Positions 48,935-58,290 of a stretch of 64,000 nucleotides of DNA are shown one piece after another. Below the pieces are notes generated by a model that was not told where the DNA came from, made no database searches, and saw only the letters and a program-made list of their open reading frames with translations. Position 1 is the stretch's first letter, and each line of letters begins with the position of its first letter. A program made the position numbers and the translations under genes. The stretch is from an uncultured Bacilli bacterium (GTDB taxonomy: Bacteria; Bacillota_I; Bacilli_A; RF39; UBA660): positions 7,885 to 71,884 of the forward strand of contig CALVXC010000001.1 in NCBI GenBank assembly GCA_944368805.1, given 5' to 3'.

Positions 48935-49723
48935 TCATCCTTTTTTATTTTTCTTAATTTGAATAATAATAAATAAACTTAAAGCAATTATAGTAAAGAG
49001 TAAAATAATAGTTGTTAAAGCATTTACTTCTGGTGTAATTCCCATTTTAATCATCGAGAATATTTTTAAAGGCAAGGTATTACTACCAGGTCCTGCTGTA
49101 AAATAACTAATAATAACATCATCTAACGATAAAGAAAAAGCAAGTAGGGCACCTGATGCAATTCCAGGTAATAAACTAGGAATTGTTATATAAAATAAAG
49201 TTTTAAACTTATTTGCTCCTAAATCCATAGCTGCTAATTCAATTTGATCATCATAGCTACTTAATGTTGATCGAACACATAACACTACAAAAGGAACACA
49301 GAAAGTAATATGCGCAAGAGTGATAGTAATTAAACTAAGCTCGATATTAGTTAAAGTGAAAATTGAAAGTAGGGAAATACCTAAGACTATTTCTGGAATA
49401 ACAATTGGAATATATAATAAAGTATCTAAAGCTTTTTTTGTTTTAAATTGATATCTATGCATTGCAATCGCACCCATTGTTCCAATAATAACTGAAACAG
49501 TAGTTGAAACAAAAGCGATAAGTAAAGTGTTTTTAAATGCTTCTAATAAAGAAACATTATCCATAAGAGAAAGATACCAATCAAAAGTAAAATTTTCAAA
49601 AGTGACATTTAACCTAGAAGAGTTAAAAGAATAAACGACTAAAATAAATATTGGTAAAAACAGAAATAATAAAACCAAAAAGATATAAAAGTTTTTAAGG
49701 TGTTTACTTTTCATAAGATACAC
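48935..49723 (-). CDS. potC: spermidine/putrescine ABC transporter permease
   Basis: 6-TM permease with EAA-like loop 'ELAAMDLGANKFKTLFYITIP'. Confidence 0.8.
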   Translation of the reverse strand: MYLMKSKHLKNFYIFLVLLFLFLPIFILVVYSFNSSRLNVTFENFTFDWYLSLMDNVSLLEAFKNTLLIAFVSTTVSVIIGTMGAIAMHRYQFKTKKALDTLLYIPIVIPEIVLGISLLSIFTLTNIELSLITITLAHITFCVPFVVLCVRSTLSSYDDQIELAAMDLGANKFKTLFYITIPSLLPGIASGALLAFSLSLDDVIISYFTAGPGSNTLPLKIFSMIKMGITPEVNALTTIILLFTIIALSLFIIIQIKKNKKG

Positions 49724-50567
49724 CTCCTAATTGTTCCATTTTTCCTCCCATTTTACGATAAACAATAACGACTATTAAAGTAAAAAGAACAATTGAAATA
49801 GCTAAAGCTGCACCAAAGGGCCAATTTCTAGCTACTAAAAATTGATTTTTAATAACATTTCCAATCATCATCGTTTTGCCTCCACCCAATAAATCGGAAA
49901 CAAAAAAGTAACTTAAAGTAGGAACAAAAACCATAATACTACCGGCTAAAATCGCATATTTTGTTTGTGGTAAAGTAACATGTAAGAAAGTTTTAAATTT
50001 ATTTGCTCCTAAATCTTTAGCTGCATCGTTTAAATTGGCATCTAACTTTGAAATGTTACTATAAAGAGGTAAAATCATAAAAGGTAATAAAGTATAAACC
50101 ATTCCAATAATTGTACCGGTTTGATTGTACATAAATTTAATCGGTTCATCAATCAAATTTATATTTAATAAAAAATTGTTAATAATACCACCATCTCTTA
50201 ATAGAATAATTAAGCCATGAATTCTAATTAAGGAATTAGTTAAAAACGGTAAAATAACTAAAGTTATTAAAATGGTTTGAACAGTTTTATTTTTTTGACT
50301 AATAAAACAAGCAAAAGGGTAAGAGATTAATAAGCAAATAATTGTTGTAACTAGTGCGATAAAAAAGGAATTTGCAAAAATTTTAAGATATAAAGGTTCT
50401 AAAATTAATTTATAATTTTCTAAAGTAAAAATATATTCAATTCCACCATAAATACCTTTTTCCATAAAACTAATAATCACTACATAAATACATGGTAATG
50501 CTACTAAAAACACCATAAAGAAAGCAATCGGCAAAATCATAATTAATAGTGGTAATTTTTTAGACAT
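49704..50567 (-). CDS. potB: spermidine/putrescine ABC transporter permease
   Basis: Permease with 'NDAAKDLGANKFKTFLHVTLP' EAA loop. Likely start MSKKLPLL (50567). ORF-track start 50615 is an upstream extension. Confidence 0.8.
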   Translation of the reverse strand: MSKKLPLLIMILPIAFFMVFLVALPCIYVVIISFMEKGIYGGIEYIFTLENYKLILEPLYLKIFANSFFIALVTTIICLLISYPFACFISQKNKTVQTILITLVILPFLTNSLIRIHGLIILLRDGGIINNFLLNINLIDEPIKFMYNQTGTIIGMVYTLLPFMILPLYSNISKLDANLNDAAKDLGANKFKTFLHVTLPQTKYAILAGSIMVFVPTLSYFFVSDLLGGGKTMMIGNVIKNQFLVARNWPFGAALAISIVLFTLIVVIVYRKMGGKMEQLGGVSYEK

Positions 50568-50578
50568 AATATCAACCC

Positions 50579-51640
50579 CTAATCTTGAATAATTAAAGCA
50601 TCTTCTATATCCCAAGAAATATAAACTTCAGAATTTAAAGGAAGTAATTCTTGTTCGTTAAAGCGATTAATTTTTAAAGATAAATCATCAACATTTACAA
50701 ATGTTTTAATAATATCGCCTTGATAAAGATGATCAGTAATCGTTCCTTTTAAAAATTGATTGTTTGGCTTAGTTTTGGTTATTTTTAATTGTTCTGGTCT
50801 AATTAATAAGTGAACATTATCATTAACTTTATTAATTTGATTTAAAGCTAAAACTTCAATATTTCCTATTTTAATAGTTGCGATATTATTATCTATTTTA
50901 GTGATAATGCCTTTTAATAAATTAGATTCACCAATAAAGTCAGCTACAAATTTAGTTTTAGGGTAATTATAGATATTAACAGGAGTATCAATTTGTTCGA
51001 TCTTACCTTTATTAATAATAACAATTCGATCACTCATAGTTAAAGCTTCTTCTTGATCATGAGTAACATAAATAAAAGTAATTCCTAAATTTTGTTTAAT
51101 TTTTTTAAGTTCTAACATCATTTCTTTTTTAAGTTTTAAATCAAGTGAACTTAAAGGTTCATCTAATAAAAGGACTTTCGGATGATTAACTAATGCTCTT
51201 GCAATAGCTACTCTTTGTTTTTGTCCACCACTTAATTGGATAGGCAAACGATTATCTAATTTATCTAGTTTAACTAATTTTAGCATTTTATTGACTTCAA
51301 TAGTACGTTTGTTTTTAGAAATTTTTTTCATCTTTAAACCGAATTCAATATTTTTTCGAACATTTAAATGAGGAAATAAAGCATGATTTTGAAAAATAGT
51401 ATTAACAGGAATTTGATATGGTTCTAGTTTGGCTATATCTTCACCATCAATATAAATATGACCTTCAGTTGGATTAAAAAAACCGGCTATCATTTTTAAA
51501 ATAGTCGTCTTACCACAGCCTGAAGGCCCTAAGATAGTTAAAAACTCACCATCCTTAATATTTAAATTGATATTTTTAACTACTTTAACTTTGTCGAAAT
51601 TTTTACTAACATTATCTAACTTAACTATAATTTTTTCCAT
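50579..51640 (-). CDS. potA: spermidine/putrescine ABC transporter ATPase
   Basis: Walker A GPSGCGKTT, signature LSGGQKQRVAIARAL, Walker B LLLDEPLS, C-terminal TOBE-like domain. Confidence 0.85.
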   Translation of the reverse strand: MEKIIVKLDNVSKNFDKVKVVKNINLNIKDGEFLTILGPSGCGKTTILKMIAGFFNPTEGHIYIDGEDIAKLEPYQIPVNTIFQNHALFPHLNVRKNIEFGLKMKKISKNKRTIEVNKMLKLVKLDKLDNRLPIQLSGGQKQRVAIARALVNHPKVLLLDEPLSSLDLKLKKEMMLELKKIKQNLGITFIYVTHDQEEALTMSDRIVIINKGKIEQIDTPVNIYNYPKTKFVADFIGESNLLKGIITKIDNNIATIKIGNIEVLALNQINKVNDNVHLLIRPEQLKITKTKPNNQFLKGTITDHLYQGDIIKTFVNVDDLSLKINRFNEQELLPLNSEVYISWDIEDALIIQD

Positions 51641-51800
51641 ATTATCACCCTTATTTTATCTTTATTATACCTTATTTAAAAGAAAATTAATAGGTAAGTA
51701 AAAAAATATTGGCACAATTTTACATTTATTTAAGGTAAAATAAAAAAAACATTGATAATTAAAATTAGCTATTATATAATTAAAATAGGAAGTGATAAAA

Positions 51801-54800
51801 TTGAAAACAATAACCGTTGATGGTAATGAAGCTTGTAGCTATACATCTTATTTATTTACTGAATTGGCCGGTATTTATCCAATAACACCGTCAAGTCCTA
51901 TGGCTGAACATATCGATGAATGGAATAAAAAAAGAGTTAATATTTTTAAAAGACCTGTTAAAGTAGTAGAAATGCAAAGTGAAGCTGGTGCGGCTGGTTT
52001 TATCCATGGTTCTTTACAAAGTGGATGTTTAACTAGTACTTATACGTCAAGTCAAGGTTTATTGTTGATGATTCCTAATATGTATAAAATATCAGGAGAG
52101 ATGTTACCAGCTGTTATTCATGTAGCAGCACGTAGTTTATCAACACATGCTTTAAGTATTATGGGTGACCATCAAGATATATACGCAACTAGAAGTACAG
52201 GATTCTGCTTTTTAGCTTCTTCATCAGTTCAAGATGCTGCCTATTTATCAGCTATTGCCCATTTATCTGCTTTAAAAAGTAGTCTTCCATTTCTTCATTT
52301 TTTTGATGGCTTTAGAACTAGCCATGAAATAGCTAAAATAAATGTTTTAGAAGCTAATGATTATCAAGATATTATCCCTTATGATAGTATTGAAAAATTT
52401 CGGAGTAAAGCTTTAAATCCTTTAAAGCCAAAAACTATTGGAACAGCTCAAGGTGATGATATTTATTTTCAAATGACTGAAGTACGTAATAGTTTTTATA
52501 ATCAAGTACCAGATATTGTTAATGAATATATGCAAAAGATTAATGAAAAGGCTAAAACTGATTATAAACCTTTTAATTATTATGGACATCCTAAAGCTAG
52601 TAAAGTAATTGTAGCTATGGGATCAGTTTGCGAAACAATCAAAGAAACAATCGATTATTTAATTAAATTAGGTTATAAAGTTGGTTTAATTGAAGTTCAT
52701 TTATATCGTCCTTTTTCTTCAAAATACTTTTTAAATCAATTACCTAAAACCGTTAAAAAAATAGCTGTTTTAGATAGAACAAAAGAATCTGGCTCAAGAG
52801 AACCTTTATATTTAGATGTTTGTAATGTTTTAAAAAATCGTAAAATTTTAGTAGTTGGTGGAAGATATGGATTATCTTCTAAAGATACAACACCAAGTCA
52901 AATTAAAGCCGTTTATGATATGTTATCTAATGAATTAAAAGATGATTTTACAATTGGAATTGATGACGATGTAACTAATTTAAGTTTAAAAGTTGAAGAA
53001 GAATTAAAAATTAGTGATTCAGATGAATTATTAATTTATGGTTACGGATCTGATGGAATGATTAGTGCTTCAAAATCAATTATGAAATTAGTAGGTGATA
53101 ATACTAAACATTATGTTCAAGGGTATTTTCAATATGATTCTAAAAAATCTGGTGGAATGACTATTAGTCATTTAAGATTTAAAAAAGAACCGATAAGATC
53201 AACTTATTACGTTAATAATCCTAAAACCGTTGTTGTTAGTAAGGATACATATTTAGAAACGATTAATCCAATTGTTAATATTCAAAAAAACGGTACCTTT
53301 ATTTTAAACACTTCTAAAACAGCAAGTGAACTTAATACTTTTATCCCAAGTGAAATTAAGAAAATTATCCATGAGCGCAATATCAAATTTTATACAATTG
53401 ATGCTTCGTTATTATCACGTAAAATAGGATTAAAAAATAAAATAAGTACCGTTATGGAAAGTGTAATTGTTAAATTATCTGAAATACTAGATTATAATTT
53501 AGCTAAAGAAAAAATGAAAGAATATGCAAAAGAGCGTTACTTCAAAAAAGGAAGTGAAGTAGTTGAAAATAACTTTTTAGCTATCGATCAAGCCAGTGAT
53601 TACATTAATGAAATAACATTAGATAATGATTATCAAAAACATTTACCAAGTAAAACAGATGATGTTTACGAAGCTATGCGTTTAAGAATGGGATCTAACT
53701 TACCAGTATCAGCTTTTATAAATATGCCTGATGGTCATTTCCAAGCTGATACCAGTTCCTTAGATAAAAGAGGAGTAGCCGAAACGGTTCCTCATTATAT
53801 AAATAGTAATTGTATTATGTGTAATAAATGTTCACTAATTTGTCCTCATGGTGTAATTAGACCATTTTTACTAAATGAAGACGAGTATCAAAAAGCTCCT
53901 GATATGGTGAAAGATAAATGTCTTAAAGATTCAAAAGGTGGTTATTATTGTTTAGGTATTTCCGTTTTAGATTGTACAGGATGTGGCTTATGTATTAAAA
54001 ATTGTCCTGGCAAAAAAGAACAAAAAGCTTTAGTTAGTTCTAAATTAAATGTTGAAATAACTAATAAAGAACAAGCAATTTATGATTATTTAATTAATAA
54101 TGTAAAAGAAAAAGATGTTTATAAAATAAATACTGTTAAAGGTAGTCAGTTTAAAGAATCTAAATTCAAATTTCATGGAGCTTGTGCTGGTTGTGGTCAA
54201 ACAGCTTATATTAAATTATTAACTCAATTATTTGGTGATGATTTAATTATTAGTAACGCAACTGGTTGTTCATCTATTTATGGCGCTAGTGCACCTTGCA
54301 TGCCTTATAATATTCCTTGGGCTAGTTCTTTATTTGAAGATAACGCTGAATATGGTTATGGTATGTTAATGGCTAATAACGTTATTAAAGAAAGATTAAG
54401 ATCTTTAATGGTTAAAGAAAAAAATCCTTTATGTAAAGAATGGTTAGAAAATATTGATAATTATCAAATTACTAAAAAAGTTTATGATCATTTAGATTAT
54501 AAAAACGTAAATAAAGAAATTAATGATTTAAAAGACTTTTTAATTAGTCGTAACATTTGGATAATTGGTGGGGATGGTTGGGCGTATGATATTGGTTTTG
54601 GTGGCATTGATCATGTTTTATCAACTAACGATAAGGTTAAAATATTAGTTTTAGATTCGGAAGTTTATTCTAATACTGGTGGTCAATCATCCAAAGCAAC
54701 ACCTAAAGGTAGTATTGCATCATTTAGTTCAATGGGTAAAAAGACAAGTAAAAAGAATTTAGCAAAATATGCTTTAACTTTAAACCATGTTTATGTTGGA

Positions 54801-55187
54801 ACAATTAATTTAGGCGCTAATGCTAATCAGGCCATTAAAACGTTAATTGAGGCTAATGAATATAATGGTCCAGCTTTAATAATTGCTTATACTCCTTGTA
54901 TAGCACACGGTATTAAAGGCGGATTAGAAAACAGTATCGATATGGAAGCATTAGCGACCAATTGTGGATATTTTCCTTTATTTAGATATAATCCAATTGA
55001 TCAAAAATTTACTTTAGATAGTAAAAAAGTTGATTTTAATTTATATGAAGAATTTCTAAATAATCAAAATCGATATAATATGCTTAAAGTAATTAATCAA
55101 GATGAAGCAGATAGTTTATTAAAACAAAATAAACAAGATGCTGAAAATTTATTTGAATATTATCGCAAATTAGATGAAAATAAATAA
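51801..55187 (+). CDS. nifJ: pyruvate:ferredoxin (flavodoxin) oxidoreductase, single-polypeptide PFOR
   Basis: About 1130 aa. N-terminus 'KTITVDGNEACSYTSYLFTELAGIYPITPSS', two 4Fe-4S ferredoxin motifs (CIMCNKCSLICPHG; CTGCGLCIKNCPG), TPP domain 'GGDGWAYDIGFGG'. TTG start 51801 after 'aggaag'; GTG 51792 is an alternative. Confidence 0.9.
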   Translation: MKTITVDGNEACSYTSYLFTELAGIYPITPSSPMAEHIDEWNKKRVNIFKRPVKVVEMQSEAGAAGFIHGSLQSGCLTSTYTSSQGLLLMIPNMYKISGEMLPAVIHVAARSLSTHALSIMGDHQDIYATRSTGFCFLASSSVQDAAYLSAIAHLSALKSSLPFLHFFDGFRTSHEIAKINVLEANDYQDIIPYDSIEKFRSKALNPLKPKTIGTAQGDDIYFQMTEVRNSFYNQVPDIVNEYMQKINEKAKTDYKPFNYYGHPKASKVIVAMGSVCETIKETIDYLIKLGYKVGLIEVHLYRPFSSKYFLNQLPKTVKKIAVLDRTKESGSREPLYLDVCNVLKNRKILVVGGRYGLSSKDTTPSQIKAVYDMLSNELKDDFTIGIDDDVTNLSLKVEEELKISDSDELLIYGYGSDGMISASKSIMKLVGDNTKHYVQGYFQYDSKKSGGMTISHLRFKKEPIRSTYYVNNPKTVVVSKDTYLETINPIVNIQKNGTFILNTSKTASELNTFIPSEIKKIIHERNIKFYTIDASLLSRKIGLKNKISTVMESVIVKLSEILDYNLAKEKMKEYAKERYFKKGSEVVENNFLAIDQASDYINEITLDNDYQKHLPSKTDDVYEAMRLRMGSNLPVSAFINMPDGHFQADTSSLDKRGVAETVPHYINSNCIMCNKCSLICPHGVIRPFLLNEDEYQKAPDMVKDKCLKDSKGGYYCLGISVLDCTGCGLCIKNCPGKKEQKALVSSKLNVEITNKEQAIYDYLINNVKEKDVYKINTVKGSQFKESKFKFHGACAGCGQTAYIKLLTQLFGDDLIISNATGCSSIYGASAPCMPYNIPWASSLFEDNAEYGYGMLMANNVIKERLRSLMVKEKNPLCKEWLENIDNYQITKKVYDHLDYKNVNKEINDLKDFLISRNIWIIGGDGWAYDIGFGGIDHVLSTNDKVKILVLDSEVYSNTGGQSSKATPKGSIASFSSMGKKTSKKNLAKYALTLNHVYVGTINLGANANQAIKTLIEANEYNGPALIIAYTPCIAHGIKGGLENSIDMEALATNCGYFPLFRYNPIDQKFTLDSKKVDFNLYEEFLNNQNRYNMLKVINQDEADSLLKQNKQDAENLFEYYRKLDENK

Positions 55188-55198
55188 AAAAAAATAGA

Positions 55199-55281
55199 AG
55201 TCGCCTTTTGCGACTCCCATAAAAGAATAAAAAGGGGTTGGCTAGTGTGATACTAGCTCCAATTCGCCTAAATCGAATTGG
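55199..55281 (+). other. three consecutive stem-loops between PFOR and the recG promoter (possible processed 3' UTR or sRNA)
   Basis: agtcgc-cttt-gcgact (55199-55215), gctagt-gtgat-actagc (55241-55257), ccaattcg-cctaaat-cgaattgg (55259-55281). Unusually GC-rich for this genome and not followed by a clean T-run. Confidence 0.4.
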
Positions 55282-55369
55282 TGATATATATACTAATCGA
55301 TTTAAGTAAATTTGTCAAGCCTTTTTTTATTTTTTTTGTCATTTTTTGTTTTTTAGTATTTAAAAATCA

Positions 55370-55398
55370 TTGACAAACGAAAATATGTTCGTTATACT
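55370..55398 (+). promoter_or_regulatory. recG promoter (TTGACA-17-TATACT) with an SOS/Cheo-like box CGAAAatatGTTCG in the spacer
   Basis: -35 at 55370-55375 and -10 at 55393-55398. 55378-55391 is GAAA-N4-GTTC, one mismatch from the Gram-positive LexA box. Confidence 0.55.
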
Positions 55399-55420
55399 TG
55401 ATATATAAAGTAGGTGAGTT

Positions 55421-57409
55421 ATGGAGTTACAAAGTATTAAAGGTATCGGTGATAAAACGGTTAAATTATTTAATAAACTAGGTATTTATAATACCAATGA
55501 TTTAATCAATTATTTTCCGTTTCGGTATGAAGTTATTAAAAGAAGTGATGTTAATAATTTAAAAGATAATGATAAAATTATTATTGATGGTGTAATTGAA
55601 AATATACCTAATTTATATCGTATTAATAAAAAATTAGATAAAATGACCTTTCGAATTAATAGTGGTGAACAATTATTTAATGTTACGATTTTTAATCGTG
55701 GTTTTTTAAAATCTAGTTTAAGAATTGGTAGTGTTATAACTGTTATTGGTAAATATAATGTTAAAAACAATTCAATAACAGCGAACGATATAAAGTTAAT
55801 GACTTTAGGTAATAAGATAACGATTGAACCTATTTATCATAAAGTTAGTGGTCTTAGTAATAAACAAATTCATAATTACATTAATAAAATTATTGATCAA
55901 GAAACAATTAGTTATATACCTAATTATCTAGAAGAAAAATATCATTTTCTAGATCATTATAAATCATTAAATTGTTTGCATAATCCTACTGATTTAAAAT
56001 TATTAAAACAAGCTAGATTAAGATTTAAATATGAAGAGTTGTTTTTATTTATGTTAAAAATGACGGTTTTAAAAATGAGTAAAAAAAATAATTTAGGATT
56101 AAAGCGCAATATTTCGTATACTGAACTTACAGATATTATTAAACAGTTACCGTTTACTTTAACAGTTGACCAAAAAAAGGCGATTGATATGATTTATTCC
56201 GATTTAAATTCTAATATAGCTATGAATAGATTATTACAAGGAGATGTTGGTAGTGGTAAGACAATTGTAGCTTTTTTAACAATTTATTTAAACTATTTAT
56301 CTGGTTATCAAAGTGCCTTAATGGTACCAACGGAAATTTTGTCTATTCAACATTACCACAATTTTTTAGAAATTTTTAAAAACAAAAATATAAATTGTCG
56401 TTTGTTAACTGGTAAAACAAGTTTAAAAGAAAAAAGGAAAATTTATGATGAATTAAAAACTGGGAAGATAGATGTAATTATAGGAACACACGCTTTAATT
56501 AGTGATAATGTTAATTATTATAATTTAGGTTTAGTTGTTACTGATGAACAGCATCGATTTGGAGTTAAACAAAGAGAAAATTTATATAATAAAGGAATTA
56601 CCCCAGATATTTTATATATGAGTGCGACACCCATACCTAGAACTTATGCTATTACATTATATGGTGATATGGATATATCTTCAATTAAAACAATGCCTAG
56701 TGGTCGTAAGCCGGTTATAACTTATTTGAAAAGTAATAAAGAAATTAAAGATGTTTTAAATCTAATGTATAACCAATTAGAAAATAGTCATCAAATTTAT
56801 GTTATTGCTCCATTAATTGAAGACAATGATAAATTAGATTTAGATAGTATTTATAAGTTAGAATATAAGATGAATTTAGCTTTCGGTAAGAAATATAATG
56901 TTGGTATTTTACACGGAAAACTTAATAATAAAGAAAAAGAAGAAGTGATGAGTAAATTTAAACATAACGATATTCAAATTTTGATTAGTACAACGGTTGT
57001 TGAAGTTGGTGTTGATGTTAAAAATGCCACTATGATGGTTATTTTTGATAGTTATCGATTTGGTTTGTCAACTTTACATCAATTGCGTGGTCGTGTTGGA
57101 AGAAATAGTTTAGATTCTTATTGTGTTTTAATTAGTGATCGAGAAACTAAAAGACTTGATATTTTAACTAAAACTAATGATGGCTTTAAAATTAGTGAAG
57201 AAGATTTTAAATTAAGAGGTAGTGGAGATATATTTGGGATTAGACAAAGCGGTGATATGTGTTTTAATATTGCTGATATTAAACAAGATTTTGATTTAGT
57301 TTTAAAAGCTAAAGAAGATAGTGAGGCTTTTATTAAAAATAAAGAATATTTAAAAATAGAAAACAAACATATCATTGATTTAGTAAAATCCTCTAGCAAA
57401 ATTAGTTAA
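55421..57409 (+). CDS. recG: ATP-dependent DNA helicase RecG
   Basis: 662 aa. N-terminal wedge/OB region, helicase motifs 'GDVGSGKT', 'VTDEQHRFGV', 'MSATPIPRT', 'QLRGRVGRN'. Confidence 0.85.
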   Translation: MELQSIKGIGDKTVKLFNKLGIYNTNDLINYFPFRYEVIKRSDVNNLKDNDKIIIDGVIENIPNLYRINKKLDKMTFRINSGEQLFNVTIFNRGFLKSSLRIGSVITVIGKYNVKNNSITANDIKLMTLGNKITIEPIYHKVSGLSNKQIHNYINKIIDQETISYIPNYLEEKYHFLDHYKSLNCLHNPTDLKLLKQARLRFKYEELFLFMLKMTVLKMSKKNNLGLKRNISYTELTDIIKQLPFTLTVDQKKAIDMIYSDLNSNIAMNRLLQGDVGSGKTIVAFLTIYLNYLSGYQSALMVPTEILSIQHYHNFLEIFKNKNINCRLLTGKTSLKEKRKIYDELKTGKIDVIIGTHALISDNVNYYNLGLVVTDEQHRFGVKQRENLYNKGITPDILYMSATPIPRTYAITLYGDMDISSIKTMPSGRKPVITYLKSNKEIKDVLNLMYNQLENSHQIYVIAPLIEDNDKLDLDSIYKLEYKMNLAFGKKYNVGILHGKLNNKEKEEVMSKFKHNDIQILISTTVVEVGVDVKNATMMVIFDSYRFGLSTLHQLRGRVGRNSLDSYCVLISDRETKRLDILTKTNDGFKISEEDFKLRGSGDIFGIRQSGDMCFNIADIKQDFDLVLKAKEDSEAFIKNKEYLKIENKHIIDLVKSSSKIS

Positions 57410-57446
57410 TTAGTGTCAACTGATTATCAAATTATTAAAAGTGTTA

Positions 57447-57475
57447 TTGACTTTTAGGATAATTATCTTTATAAT
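57447..57475 (+). promoter_or_regulatory. strong consensus sigma-A promoter (TTGACT-17-TATAAT) 40 nt downstream of the recG stop
   Basis: -35 at 57447-57452, 17-nt spacer, -10 at 57470-57475. No protein gene follows within 250 nt. Confidence 0.6.
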
Positions 57476-57482
57476 GATAATA

Positions 57483-57585
57483 GCGTGATTGATTCACGCG
57501 GACACTCTTACGGTTATATAATGTGAGAGTGCTCAACCAAAACCCCCTGAAGGAGCCTTATGGCTCCATTTTTGTTTGTTTAAGT
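57483..57585 (+). ncRNA. candidate 100-nt small RNA (promoter, three hairpins, intrinsic terminator)
   Basis: Hairpins cgtga-ttgat-tcacg (57484-57498) and cactct...agagtg (57503-57533), then terminator ggagcc-ttat-ggctcc followed by attttTGTTTGTTT (57552-57584). The terminator stem carries an SD-like 'gaaggag' and a 7-codon ORF ATG gct cca ttt ttg ttt gtt taa (57560-57583). Confidence 0.45.
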
Positions 57586-57680
57586 TTAAAATAATTTATT
57601 ATAGGTTTTCTAAAGTTTAAAAAAGTTTAATTTAGTTCTAATTAGTTTAAATATTGTGGGTGGTTAAAAATATAAAAATT

Positions 57681-57731
57681 AACCTAATTATACCAAAAAG
57701 CGTTGACCAAATGGTATAATTAGGTTAAAAT
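57681..57731 (+). promoter_or_regulatory. abiEi promoter with a perfect 15-bp inverted-repeat operator (aacctaattatacca ... tggtataattaggtt) flanking the -35 TTGACC
   Basis: Left arm 57681-57695 and right arm 57712-57726 are exact reverse complements. TTGACC at 57703-57708, 17-nt spacer, TAAAAT at 57726-57731. AbiEi proteins are known autorepressors that bind inverted repeats in their own promoter. Confidence 0.6.
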
Positions 57732-57741
57732 TATATTGGTG

Positions 57742-58290
57742 ATGAAAATGTTATATAATCATAGCGAAATAAAAAATAAATATAAAACAACTTATCAAAT
57801 ACGAAAAGCAATAAGTAATAAAGAAATATATAAAATAGAAAAAGGTATTTATTCAGATAATCCAGAAGTGCATTATTTAGCAATTTTAATGAAAAAGTAT
57901 CCTTATGCAGTTATTACAGGAGAATCAGCATATTATTATTATAATTTTACTGATATAATACCTTCTAAAATATATTTAGCTACACGTGATGTTAATACAA
58001 GAATACATGATAAAGACATTAAACAAATTCGTATGAGGGACAATCTTTATAAATTAGGCAGTACTCAAATTATATATGAGGGAGTAATTATAAATATTTT
58101 TGATAAAGAGCGTTTATTAATTGATTTAGCAAGAAATAAAAATAAAATTGGATATGATTTATATAAAGAAATTATATTTAATTATAGAAAAATTGCTGAT
58201 AAATTGGATGTAAGTAAAATAGAAGAATATTTACAATATTTTTCAAATAGTGATAAGATACTTGGAATATTACAAGATGAGGTGTTTTAA
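57742..58290 (+). CDS. abiEi: AbiEi-family type IV toxin-antitoxin antitoxin / transcriptional autorepressor
   Basis: About 180 aa. N-terminal wHTH '...IYKIEKGIYS', then 'YPYAVITGESAYYYYNFTD' matching the AbiEi 'A.I.G.SAL..HGL.D' signature. Stop TAA overlaps the next ATG (TAATG). ATG 57742 or 57748 is the likely start; the ORF-track TTG 57736 is an extension. Confidence 0.7.
   Translation: MKMLYNHSEIKNKYKTTYQIRKAISNKEIYKIEKGIYSDNPEVHYLAILMKKYPYAVITGESAYYYYNFTDIIPSKIYLATRDVNTRIHDKDIKQIRMRDNLYKLGSTQIIYEGVIINIFDKERLLIDLARNKNKIGYDLYKEIIFNYRKIADKLDVSKIEEYLQYFSNSDKILGILQDEVF

Noticed and set aside
51641-51800. Possible riboswitch or regulatory RNA in the potA/PFOR divergent intergenic region
   Set aside because: Only AT-rich sequence with promoter-like hexamers. 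No conserved riboswitch cores (for example TPP, SAM or T-box motifs) were recognised.
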